A DNA stretch of 21,023 nt from Pseudomonadota bacterium (GCA_043822785.1 JBDRBN010000083.1:1-21023); one strand, 5' to 3'; numbered from the stretch's first letter, positions 8,271-17,660 are shown. Notes: generated by a model from the letters alone, not told the origin. Translations and numbers: made by a program.

Positions 8271-9764
8271 CTACGCTGGCACGACGCTCGGCAACACGAA
8301 AGCAACGCTTGAAATCGTTGGCAGCAAAAGACCAGCATTCCAAAATGTAGTGCTATCATAGATAGCTGGACAACCAAATGCCGGGTCCATAGCTCCACTC
8401 AAGACGTAGGATGAATTTTCATGCTGAATCGATTTATATAACTCCCGCTCAATAAGACCTCTCGTATAGCTTTTAACAAAGCGATGGTTGAGACTAGCTA
8501 CCTCATGATCGGTAAAGCTATTTCCCTCTCTGGCTTTTATCCTGCTGACATATGTATCGATGCGGCTTGAAAAGTGCTCGTTTAAAATATTATCAATGAT
8601 GACTTCTGGATCAAAGTTTGCGCGGATAAGTTTTGCTTTCAATGCTGACATGCCTACCGGAAGATCATTCTCTTGCAGCACTCTTTCCGCTTTCACCCTG
8701 GACAGGCAAGCACAGTCTCTGAGCCAGCGGTACAAGGCCTTCTCATCCTTCACCGATGATTTATTAATCCTCAAGTTTGCTACATCAATAATACTTGCTG
8801 TATCTTTAATCGGTACATCATCGAGAACGCCCATCTCAACAAGCTGTCTTAGAGTAGAAATAACTTCGTTGAGATCTTCAGGGTCCACCTTTGCGCCAAT
8901 GCTAGGCCATACAAATATGCCGTCATCGTTTATCTCGGTTTCCCATTCCTCAATGCCATGTCGCCTGGCAAAAAGTGCCTTGACGAGCAAGTGTTGCGCC
9001 CCCAGGCACATGTGGCGAAGTTCAGGTGGCAAATAAATATTACCGTAGGATATGTTAGTTTGTCCTTCCTCAATATCCACACTCAGATGACACTGCAACT
9101 CTTGCATAGGATGGGTTGACACATCGTAGACTCCCCAAAGGTGGAGCGTAACAGAATCTTTATCTTCAAGATCAGGTTCGATAGTGGCAACCTTGAGAGG
9201 AACAATTGGCGAGGCAATGTCTAAAAGCTCGACAATATCCATAAGGGTGAAACTAGTCATTGCACGCCTCTCCAGCAGATCTCTTACTGAGTCGGCACTC
9301 TTAAGCCTCGAATGTGTAAAACCTCCACGCTTATTAGGAAGTCTAACGTCCACATGTTGCAGTGTTGAAAGCGTTTTTTCAGTCATCCTGTCTATGACAG
9401 TATTAATCACAGGACTTCTCTCACCGCGCGCAAATGCAATTCTGTAGAGTAAATCCGATTGCAGGGCTTGGCCATTTATTGCCGATACTTCTGCGTAATC
9501 TGCTATTGGAGCACTTGATCGCGAAGAAGATAAGTCTAAATTAGGGTTACGAGTGAGGATAGATCTAAAACCTGCGAATCCAGAAAACGAATGCAATGAC
9601 GCTTCTGTAAATTGGGCATCTGCCCAATTTACAAATTTGGATGCATCTGCATCATACAGATCATAAGGGCCTCTGGCAGGCTTCCACAGGGGCGCTAGAG
9701 TATGCAAGCTTAAGCTTTTCATTGAATCGCTATATATGTCGTCTCTGAAGATCCGTGTACGCAT
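8271..9764 (-). CDS. Hypothetical protein with a possible degenerate GNAT-like segment
   Basis: 497-aa open frame. IYLPPELRHMCLGAQHLL..ARRHGI..DGIFVWPSIG resembles GNAT motifs A and B. Confidence 0.7.
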   Translation of the reverse strand: MRTRIFRDDIYSDSMKSLSLHTLAPLWKPARGPYDLYDADASKFVNWADAQFTEASLHSFSGFAGFRSILTRNPNLDLSSSRSSAPIADYAEVSAINGQALQSDLLYRIAFARGERSPVINTVIDRMTEKTLSTLQHVDVRLPNKRGGFTHSRLKSADSVRDLLERRAMTSFTLMDIVELLDIASPIVPLKVATIEPDLEDKDSVTLHLWGVYDVSTHPMQELQCHLSVDIEEGQTNISYGNIYLPPELRHMCLGAQHLLVKALFARRHGIEEWETEINDDGIFVWPSIGAKVDPEDLNEVISTLRQLVEMGVLDDVPIKDTASIIDVANLRINKSSVKDEKALYRWLRDCACLSRVKAERVLQENDLPVGMSALKAKLIRANFDPEVIIDNILNEHFSSRIDTYVSRIKAREGNSFTDHEVASLNHRFVKSYTRGLIERELYKSIQHENSSYVLSGAMDPAFGCPAIYDSTTFWNAGLLLPTISSVAFVLPSVVPA

Positions 9765-9772
9765 AACGGATC

Positions 9773-9800
9773 ATTATCGACTCGTCTCATAAAAAGTTGC
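9773..9800 (-). promoter_or_regulatory. Candidate alternative-sigma promoter
   Basis: Minus strand reads GCAAC-N15-TCGATAAT, ending 8 nt before ATG 9764. The -10 resembles the sigma28 element GCCGATAA; no RBS seen. Confidence 0.35.
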
Positions 9801-9928
9801 GTGTTTATTGTAAGACAGAGCTAATGGGTGTAGGTTCTGTTCTCTCGTTGGTGTCCCTAATTATGCTTTTAGCATATATCGTAGTTATAGACCATATCGG
9901 AAGTTACATGCTCTAAAAATTGAGACAC

Positions 9929-11986
9929 TTAATTATTATAACTGAAGTAGGCATCGTTACTTGCCTTGCCATCTACAGTAACGATAAGCTTAACAACTGT
10001 TCCGGCCGCTCCCGCAGGTGTCTGGACTGTGATCTGGGTATTTGACCATGCAGTAACATTTCCGGCATTGGCTCCAAACATCACCGTGCTGCCACCCTGC
10101 GTATCGCCAAAGAACATGCCCTCAATTGTCACCTGTTCTCCGCCTGCAGGATCTCCTTCAGTCGGATCCACTGCCGAGATCAAAGGACCGCAGTCTTGCC
10201 CTGGCGTAAACACCGTAATCGCGTCAGCCGACTCGAGGACTGGCAGATAGCTAGCAAAAAGGTCGATCCAGTTGCCAAACATGCCATCATTATATGCAAA
10301 TCCAGTAAGAGATAACGAGGCCACATTGACTTCATAGACCTGGCAGGTTTCAAGCCCAGGCAGTGTATCATCAGGTAATGTCGGCAGCGAAAACTCGGTC
10401 CTTCCTTGTGGAGCGAGAATATCCCATACGAAATTATTTTCTGTTTCATTCCCATCAAAATAAAGAGAGCCCACAGAAGTTAATGTAAAATCAAATGTGC
10501 CACCCCCTTCTGTCCATGAAACATCCATTGCGTCGCTGCCTGGTAAAAGTTCACCATCCACAGGAGTTGTTATATGGGGCGCAGGCAGAAGATAATCGAT
10601 ATCCATTAACTGCGTATCATTCATTATTGTAGCGCTATTCGTATATGCCGTGTACGTACCGTCGGCCTTCGAAAGTTCTCCCCTTGTGGCATAGCTTGCA
10701 TTTGCCATCTCTTGGCTCGCAGCTACTGCCACCGGATCCAGCCCTGGAAAACGATATGCGAACTCGCTGATCTCGGTACCCCCTAGATTTATTCCCATCA
10801 TAGCGCCAATAGCAGCGATTCCATATGGCGGTATATTGACAAGGAGCATCTCGGCAATTCTATCGTCATCTGCAGGCTGGGCATTTGTCAGGTCTATGGT
10901 CACAGCCCACTCATCGCCCATATCAATGGTGAGCGGAATGCTCACATCCTTTGGATTGGCAGCCGTGTTTGATGAATCAATTGCAAATGTGGTTATGCCA
11001 AACCTAGAGAATGTCGCGGTCATGTTTCCCGGGTTGCTAATGTCGAAAAGGCCCGCTGCGGCAGTCACCCTAGTCTGATCTAAAAATGCCGGGGCCATGA
11101 GTGTATCAACACCAAATATGCCAGGAATCATGATGGGCGACTGACCAATGCATGCCTCGCAGTCAGTGCTGTTTAGCGAAGCTGTCATATCATCGATTGG
11201 CACATTAATCCACGCGCACCTAAAAACACACGGGTTTGTGCCAGGACCACCTGGACAGTTATCTGCCAAATCACCCCAGGTGGTCACATCTATTGATGTG
11301 TTTATCCATCCATGTGGTCTCTGCAGTGGTGAGAGCCTGATATTAGCCTCCCACGTCTCTGAACTGTCATAGTCGTAAGTCTTATTTGCGCTGGCTTCGG
11401 CCGCTGTTTGCGGCTGCTGGAAATCAAAGATTGTGTAGTTGCGATAACCGTTCTTGCTTGCAGTAATGGTCTGCGTATCATCCAAATCTTCAGAGCTGAA
11501 TGAAATCCGGCCGCTGGCATCTGTGGTGCCCTGAAATTCAGTGGAAGGATCAGTCCCAAGCATTACAAAAGCCCCTTCAACTGCATCTCCATTGCTATCT
11601 ACCACATTAACGGTGAGAGTAGGCAGTCTGTATGTAAAGCCGTTGGTAAGACTGGCGGTCTGGCCGTATGTGGGTATAATTACTGAAACGTTTACGGCCC
11701 CCTCATCACCAGCAGGTGTTTTTGCTGTAAGCGTTGTATCATCTACATAAACAACATCGGTCGCAGCATTAGAACCCACCATGACCGTTGAATTTGCAGC
11801 AAAATAATTTCCTGTGATTGTAATTTCTGTGCCTCCGGAAGGTGGCCCAGCCGATGGAGTGACACCGCTAATACTTAATCCGCCTCCTCCGCAACCGGCC
11901 ATGACCGTGGCAAGCATAGCAGATATGATCAATGTACCAAGGCACAACAACCTAGCCCTCTTGAAAATCATGCGATATATAAACAT
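9929..11986 (-). CDS. Large surface lipoprotein with IPT/TIG domains, paralogue 2
   Basis: Lipobox MAGC; collinear and highly similar to 5311-7380 over its whole length; GGGGGG RBS. Confidence 0.9.
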   Translation of the reverse strand: MFIYRMIFKRARLLCLGTLIISAMLATVMAGCGGGGLSISGVTPSAGPPSGGTEITITGNYFAANSTVMVGSNAATDVVYVDDTTLTAKTPAGDEGAVNVSVIIPTYGQTASLTNGFTYRLPTLTVNVVDSNGDAVEGAFVMLGTDPSTEFQGTTDASGRISFSSEDLDDTQTITASKNGYRNYTIFDFQQPQTAAEASANKTYDYDSSETWEANIRLSPLQRPHGWINTSIDVTTWGDLADNCPGGPGTNPCVFRCAWINVPIDDMTASLNSTDCEACIGQSPIMIPGIFGVDTLMAPAFLDQTRVTAAAGLFDISNPGNMTATFSRFGITTFAIDSSNTAANPKDVSIPLTIDMGDEWAVTIDLTNAQPADDDRIAEMLLVNIPPYGIAAIGAMMGINLGGTEISEFAYRFPGLDPVAVAASQEMANASYATRGELSKADGTYTAYTNSATIMNDTQLMDIDYLLPAPHITTPVDGELLPGSDAMDVSWTEGGGTFDFTLTSVGSLYFDGNETENNFVWDILAPQGRTEFSLPTLPDDTLPGLETCQVYEVNVASLSLTGFAYNDGMFGNWIDLFASYLPVLESADAITVFTPGQDCGPLISAVDPTEGDPAGGEQVTIEGMFFGDTQGGSTVMFGANAGNVTAWSNTQITVQTPAGAAGTVVKLIVTVDGKASNDAYFSYNN

Positions 11987-12193
11987 AATCCCCCCACTCG
12001 TTGATGAGTTAAGTAGAGCATTATCTAATCCGCGCCAAAAATACTATAAGCGCTTATAAAACTTATATTAAATAATATAAGAAAAACCAATGTGGATAAA
12101 CAAGTGGGGAGTATTTTTTTCCTATTTCGTCAAAAAAAATGACAAGAAAAAAACCGTACTTTAAAAAGATGCTGAACAAGAAGAAGTAATAAG

Positions 12194-12706
12194 CTACGGG
12201 CCGATTTTCTTTTTTACTTCATCACCGATTTCAATTCCGTGCTCAGCCACCTTGCCTGCATTGATCTCCAGCACATACATAAAAGGAACCGGTGACGAGA
12301 TCATCTCTACTGATTTTGGCACAGCGTTTTCTTTGATGTGCACCACTTTCATATCTTCGCCCACAAATACGATATCGAGCGGCATGAGCGTGTCTTTCAT
12401 CCAGAACTCTTCCTGAACCGGCTGGCTAAACACAAACCACATGCCTGCGTTTTCAGGAAGCGACTCGCGATCCATAAGCCCTTGCGCTTTTTCCTCATCG
12501 GTTTGAGCGATCTCTACTGAAAATGGCATCTCGCCCACGGTTACGGTGGCGACGGCCGTGGAAGCCGCTGGCGATGATCCTTCTGCTGTTTCAGCTCCCT
12601 TTACATCCTCTGCTGTAGCAGGGCCTTCGGTCTGCATCTTCTCACAGCCAGAGATCATAATAAAAGCTGCTGCGACGATGCCAAAGATACTAATTAAATA
12701 TTTCAT
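12194..12706 (-). CDS. DUF192 family lipoprotein
   Basis: Lipobox ISGC; VEIA..E...GLM.R, GMWFVF, FWMKDTLMPLDIVF, YVLEINAG; GGAGG RBS. Confidence 0.92.
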   Translation of the reverse strand: MKYLISIFGIVAAAFIMISGCEKMQTEGPATAEDVKGAETAEGSSPAASTAVATVTVGEMPFSVEIAQTDEEKAQGLMDRESLPENAGMWFVFSQPVQEEFWMKDTLMPLDIVFVGEDMKVVHIKENAVPKSVEMISSPVPFMYVLEINAGKVAEHGIEIGDEVKKKIGP

Positions 12707-12740
12707 ATATCCTCCAGTTTATCTAAAAAGTTCTCGGAAA

Positions 12741-12834
12741 TGTCATTGCGAGGAGTACAACGACGAAGCAATCTCCTTCATATTCTTGCTTTACGGGGAT
12801 CGCCATGTCGGCTTTCAGCCTCCTCGCGATGACA
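12741..12834. repeat. TGTCATTGCGAG-type palindromic repeat (REP/MITE-like), copy 1
   Basis: TGTCATTGCGAGGAG...CTCCTCGCGATGACA terminal inverted repeats with internal GAAGCAATCTCC/GGGGATCGCC; same family as 20933-21018. Confidence 0.88.
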
Positions 12835-12844
12835 AGCAGGGCTT

Positions 12845-13588
12845 CTAACCCCAGAAAAAGCGTTTTACAGAATGCGCCAATGTATCCCAGCCCAATTTTG
12901 ATGCTGCCTCTACCAATGGAATGCCGCGCGGGCATACCATCTCGCAGTTTTCAGCGCCAGCGCAATCTTCAATACCACCGCGGCCGCCGAGAGCTGCGAT
13001 CCTTCCTTTGGCACCGTGCTTACCAATGGGATGATCGTTCAGGTGTGCCACATGGCTGAACACAAATGCCCCTGTAAATGCAGAGCGCGCGTTAACTTGC
13101 GGACATGCCTCGCTGCACGCGCCGCACAATACGCAATCTAAAAAGCGCGCAGTCCTCTCCTGATCATCTTTATCAGTGCACTGGGTAAATCCACTCCCCT
13201 TAAGATCATCTAGCCAAACCCAGCACTCGTGCTTTTTTAAGGTATCTAGCATCTTTGTGCGGTCAACTTTCAGATCGCGAACAATAGGAAATTTTGAAAG
13301 AGGCTCAAGCACGATGGGACCCTCAAAATCCTCTAACATGACCTTGCACGCCTGACGGGCTTTGCCGTTTATGACCATGGTACATGAACCGCAGATGCCT
13401 TCGTTGCACGAGCAGTCCCACACAACAGGCGTTGTAGGATTGCCCTCGGCTGTTACAGGATTTTGTTCTATAGCTGTTAGCGCTGATGAAACAGCAACGC
13501 CTAGCTCATAGGGCACTTCAAAGATCTCCCAATATGGAAGATCCTCTGGGTCATCCTGACGCCGTATCTTAAGAAGCGCTCTGTTCAT
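12845..13588 (-). CDS. sdhB: Succinate dehydrogenase-like iron-sulfur subunit (Bacillus type)
   Basis: SCNEGICGSC..C ([2Fe-2S]), CVLCGACSEACP, DCAGAENCEMVCP, LEPLSKFPIVRDLKVD. Confidence 0.9.
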   Translation of the reverse strand: MNRALLKIRRQDDPEDLPYWEIFEVPYELGVAVSSALTAIEQNPVTAEGNPTTPVVWDCSCNEGICGSCTMVINGKARQACKVMLEDFEGPIVLEPLSKFPIVRDLKVDRTKMLDTLKKHECWVWLDDLKGSGFTQCTDKDDQERTARFLDCVLCGACSEACPQVNARSAFTGAFVFSHVAHLNDHPIGKHGAKGRIAALGGRGGIEDCAGAENCEMVCPRGIPLVEAASKLGWDTLAHSVKRFFWG

Positions 13589-15298
13589 TTAAACCTCAAC
13601 CTGCATTCGCTCTGAATGATCGAGCACAGGCACGTCTTGATTCCATGAGACCTTTGTACACACGAGCCACTTGTCATCATCCTGTTTTGGAAACGCAGGT
13701 TTGTAATGGGACCCGCGGCTCTCATCGCGCGCTATCGAAGCATCGACTATCATGCGGCCCAGCCTCAGGCGATTGCGCAACCTGCGCATAAAAAACATCT
13801 CACTGTTCGCCCATTCTGCACGATCTAAAAGTGCAGCCTTATTCATGCGCTCTTGCAGCTCTGTAATCTTGCCGGCAGCGCGCGCCAAGTCTTCATTATT
13901 CTTTTCGATAGATGCATAGTCGGTAAGCACGTGGCCAAGCTGACAGGCGATGACGTGCGCGTTTTCGTTTCCGTCCTGCATAGAGATGCGGGCTATGGCA
14001 TCTTCTTCAAGATCAATTGCCTTCTTAAGAAGCGATTCTGAAACTTCGTCTGCTCCCTTTGAAAGGTTGTGTGCAAAATCAACAGAACTTGCGCCAGCCA
14101 CCATGCCACCGTGGATCGACGACAAAAGCTCATTTCCGCCCAGCACTCCAGCGCCATGATAAGCGCATGCGCACGAACCGGCTGCGAACAGTCCGTCGAT
14201 GTTTGTTGCATGATTTGATTTCACCCATAGCCCGCCCATGGTATAGCCCACTGCAGGCATTACCTTGACGGAAAGCGCAGCAAGATCCAAATCGCATGCG
14301 CCATCGCACACATCGATAAGGGATGTTAAGCGCTCTTCGATGAAAGCAGAATCCACATGCGTAAGATCAAGCGTGACAGCCAAATCTTCTGCACCAACTT
14401 CTTTGGTGGCTTTGAGAACAGCTCGCGTTGCTTGTTCCCTGAAAGGCACACCCTTTGAATCTGGATACCACTCCTTGAGAAAATACCAGGGCCGTCCATC
14501 CCGCATAACAGATATTCTTCCGCCTTCGGTAAGGGCTGCATCAACAACAGCGCGGCATTTGCCGGATGAAGGCACGGTAAATGGAAGGATTTGCACGAAT
14601 TCTGGATTTGAAAACACAGCTCCTTGCGCACAACAAGCCATGGCTGCATGGCCATCGTTCAAAACAGAGCCGCAGTGATTTGCAAACATGCCGGCATACC
14701 CACCTGAACAAAGAATCACCGCATCTGCAGCAAATGCTCGAAGCTCCATGTTTTTTAAATTTTGAGCCACAACTCCTTTGCAGCTTCTGTTCTCATCCAA
14801 GATAAGGGATAAAAATTCCCATCCAAAAAATGGATGTATGCTACCGTGCGACTCGTGGCGAAGGGCCTGCCCGGTAAAGGCTGACAGTATGCGCGCTCCT
14901 GTTGCTCGCCCGGAATAAAGCGTGCGATTTTTTGTGGAACCGCAAGAACGTCCGAACCGAATTCTTCTTTCGCCCTTTGTCCTGTCTAACAGCACTCCCA
15001 TGCTGGCCAAAAGTTCAACTATAGAAGGCGCGGCTTCGCACATCCTCTTCACCGCATCCTCATGCGCCAAAAAACAACTGCTGCGCATAGTATCGGCTGC
15101 ATGTTCTTGCGCACTATCATCGATCGCGGGATTCAAAGCAGCGCTTATGCCCTCGCGTATGCAGGCTGAAGCGGATCTGGATGGCGGCGTTCTAGAGATG
15201 AGCGTAACATGCGCACCGCTCTCCACTGCCGATATGGCAGCAGCCATGCCGGACACCCCAGAACCGATCACGATTATTTTTGGTGATTTTGATTTCAT
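13589..15298 (-). CDS. sdhA: Succinate dehydrogenase-like flavoprotein subunit with degenerate active site
   Basis: Collinear with Bacillus-type SdhA (IIVIGSGVSG, MCEAAPSI, GWEFL, DGRPWYFL, ESRGSHYKP), but catalytic residues are substituted. ATG 15298 preferred because it matches the family N-terminus. Confidence 0.88.
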   Translation of the reverse strand: MKSKSPKIIVIGSGVSGMAAAISAVESGAHVTLISRTPPSRSASACIREGISAALNPAIDDSAQEHAADTMRSSCFLAHEDAVKRMCEAAPSIVELLASMGVLLDRTKGERRIRFGRSCGSTKNRTLYSGRATGARILSAFTGQALRHESHGSIHPFFGWEFLSLILDENRSCKGVVAQNLKNMELRAFAADAVILCSGGYAGMFANHCGSVLNDGHAAMACCAQGAVFSNPEFVQILPFTVPSSGKCRAVVDAALTEGGRISVMRDGRPWYFLKEWYPDSKGVPFREQATRAVLKATKEVGAEDLAVTLDLTHVDSAFIEERLTSLIDVCDGACDLDLAALSVKVMPAVGYTMGGLWVKSNHATNIDGLFAAGSCACAYHGAGVLGGNELLSSIHGGMVAGASSVDFAHNLSKGADEVSESLLKKAIDLEEDAIARISMQDGNENAHVIACQLGHVLTDYASIEKNNEDLARAAGKITELQERMNKAALLDRAEWANSEMFFMRRLRNRLRLGRMIVDASIARDESRGSHYKPAFPKQDDDKWLVCTKVSWNQDVPVLDHSERMQVEV

Positions 15299-15347
15299 AA
15301 AAACCGTATTTAGTGCCCCCGTCTGCGCCCGCATCCGCGTCCGAATA

Positions 15348-15968
15348 TTAAAAATATAACACTAGCCTTAAGCCCCAGGCAGCAAGCCCAATAGTTATAA
15401 TCCAACCTACTATGGTTGCCGCGCTTCTAGCGCGCCTGGTCACAGCTATGCCCCAACTGGTGAGCTGCGTAGCAAAGCCGTTTCCGATATAAAACGCCGC
15501 ACACGCTATGCCTGCGCAATAGAATGCTTTTGCCCAGGTATGAGAGAGCAACGCATGCATAAGACTAAAGTCTATGGATGTATTGCTGAATGCCATTACG
15601 ATCTCGGTCTTGTACACGTGATATATGACAAAGGGTATGAGTATGATGCCGGCCACCCTCTGCAGAGCGTACATCCAGTTGCGATAATAGCCATAATTGA
15701 AGGCGTTGATCTGGCAGCCGTGCACGATCATGAGGCCCAGCGCAGCGTGAAAGATGAGCGGCAGAGCGATGAATATGACCTGCGCCCAACCGAGCATGGG
15801 TACCATGCCCAGCTTGGCCATGAACCTGTTGAACTCTGCAGCACCCCCGAAAACAGATGAATAGGGAATAAGAAAAAACAAGACAAAGGCTACGGCAAAT
15901 ACGATGCCCGTTATGGACTGAAGGCGATGCAACCAAAAATAGCTATAATCAGTAGAAGTGCCTCGCAT
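15348..15968 (-). CDS. sdhC: Succinate dehydrogenase-like cytochrome b558 membrane anchor (5 TM) with altered heme ligands
   Basis: RLQSITG, LPLIFHA, YYRNWMYALQRVAG, IYHV, FYIGNG, SWGI match Bacillus-type SdhC; AGGAG lies 6 nt before ATG 15968. Confidence 0.87.
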   Translation of the reverse strand: MRGTSTDYSYFWLHRLQSITGIVFAVAFVLFFLIPYSSVFGGAAEFNRFMAKLGMVPMLGWAQVIFIALPLIFHAALGLMIVHGCQINAFNYGYYRNWMYALQRVAGIILIPFVIYHVYKTEIVMAFSNTSIDFSLMHALLSHTWAKAFYCAGIACAAFYIGNGFATQLTSWGIAVTRRARSAATIVGWIITIGLAAWGLRLVLYF

Positions 15969-15995
15969 GCACATCTCCTATAGGGTATTTGGCGC

Positions 15996-17573
15996 TTAAG
16001 CGCAAGGGCCTGCTGCAACCACGTCCTGCCCTGCTGCATCTGCATACTGCATGAAGTTCTTACGGAAAAGGTCTGCCAAATGCCTGGCGCTCTTATCATA
16101 GGCATCCTTATCGCCCCATGTATTGCGCGGCGCCAGCACCTCTTTTGGCACGTCAGGACATGCATCCGGCACAAGCACGTTGAACACAGGATCTGAAGTA
16201 AAGTTTACGTTGTTTAACTTTCCGCCAAGGGCCGCAGTGAGAAGCGCGCGGGTGATGGCTATCTTCATCCTGGTTCCCTTGCCGTATGCGCCCCCGCTCC
16301 AACCGCTGTTTACGAGCCAGCAATTGGTATCGTGCTTCGACAGCCTCTCGCCCAAAAGTTTTGCATACGTGGTTGGAGCAAGCGGCATGAACGGCGCGCC
16401 AAAGCAGGTGGAGAACGTGGCCTGTGGTTCGTCTATGCCCACCTCTGTGCCCGCCAGCTTGGCAGTATATCCTGAAAGAAAATGATACATGGCCATCTCA
16501 GGCGTTAGCTTTGCAATGGGAGGCAAAACGCCAAACGCATCGCATGTGAGAAAGATTACATTCTTGGGATGATCTCCAAGACCTGGAATCACACATCCGG
16601 GAATGTGCTCCACAGGATAAGTGGCACGCGTGTTCTCGGTGATGGTGTCTGCATCATAATCTGCTATGCGCGTATCGCTATCGATGATCACATTCTCTAT
16701 AAGAGAGCCGAATCTTATAGCATTATATATCTGGGGCTCGGCTTCTTGAGATAGCCTAATCACCTTTGCATAGCATCCGCCCTCGAAGTTGAAGATGCCG
16801 TGATCGGTCCAGCCGTGCTCGTCGTCGCCTATGAGGCGGCGATTTGGATCTGCCGAGAGCGTGGTCTTGCCCGTGCCTGAGAGACCAAAGAAGAGCGCTA
16901 CATCGCCGCCTGTTCCCACGTTGGCAGAACAGTGCATGGGAAAGACTTTTTTATCCGGCAGAAGCGCGTTCATAACCGTAAATATCGACTTCTTTATCTC
17001 GCCTCCGTAGCCTGAGCCGATGATGAGGATAATTTTCTTTTCAAAAGATATTCCCACAAATGTGCTTGAGCGAGTTTTAAATTCCAAAGGATCGAGCACA
17101 AGATCCATGGCGTCTATGACCGTAAACTCCGGGTTGAGCTTTGCTTTTTCCTCAGGAGTTGGCCGGATGAAGAGCGTGGTGGAAAAAAGGGCGTGCCATG
17201 CCTTTTCTGCGATCACCCTGAGGGGCATGCGATACTTTGGATCAGCCCCTACAAAACCATCGAACACAAACCGCTCTCTATCCTTTAAATAATCAACAGC
17301 ATGGGCAAGCAACCGATCAAATAATTCCTGAGAAACGGATTTGTTTATATTGTTCCAAGCTACGTGTTTTTTTGCCCACTTGTCCTCTACTATAAAGCGA
17401 TCGTTGGGAGAACGTCCGCTGCGCTCGCCGGTGCGGGTTACCAAAGCGCCATTTGCGGCCAGCGTGCCCTCGCCCCTTTCAATAGCAAGCTCAACGAGCT
17501 TTGCCGGTGATAGGTTTTGAAACACCAGCCCAAGATCATTTTCCATAAGCCTTGCGATAGCCTGCTCTGCCAT
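15996..17573 (-). CDS. pckA: Phosphoenolpyruvate carboxykinase (ATP)
   Basis: GRSPNDRF, YGGEIKKS, MHCSAN, FGLSGTGKTTLS, LIGDDEHGW, NFEGGCYAK, TENTR; GGAGG RBS. Confidence 0.98.
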   Translation of the reverse strand: MAEQAIARLMENDLGLVFQNLSPAKLVELAIERGEGTLAANGALVTRTGERSGRSPNDRFIVEDKWAKKHVAWNNINKSVSQELFDRLLAHAVDYLKDRERFVFDGFVGADPKYRMPLRVIAEKAWHALFSTTLFIRPTPEEKAKLNPEFTVIDAMDLVLDPLEFKTRSSTFVGISFEKKIILIIGSGYGGEIKKSIFTVMNALLPDKKVFPMHCSANVGTGGDVALFFGLSGTGKTTLSADPNRRLIGDDEHGWTDHGIFNFEGGCYAKVIRLSQEAEPQIYNAIRFGSLIENVIIDSDTRIADYDADTITENTRATYPVEHIPGCVIPGLGDHPKNVIFLTCDAFGVLPPIAKLTPEMAMYHFLSGYTAKLAGTEVGIDEPQATFSTCFGAPFMPLAPTTYAKLLGERLSKHDTNCWLVNSGWSGGAYGKGTRMKIAITRALLTAALGGKLNNVNFTSDPVFNVLVPDACPDVPKEVLAPRNTWGDKDAYDKSARHLADLFRKNFMQYADAAGQDVVAAGPCA

Positions 17574-17660
17574 AAAAATCCCTCCGTAGGTCCACTTTCC
17601 ATAACACCGCTAAAGGCGCATTACAATGATTTAGATATCAGAGCGTTATAGGCCAAGGTC

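Noticed and set aside
12091..12099. Perfect DnaA box TGTGGATAA (another at 1127-1135)
   Set aside because: Isolated single boxes with no cluster or origin-linked genes; not evidence for oriC.
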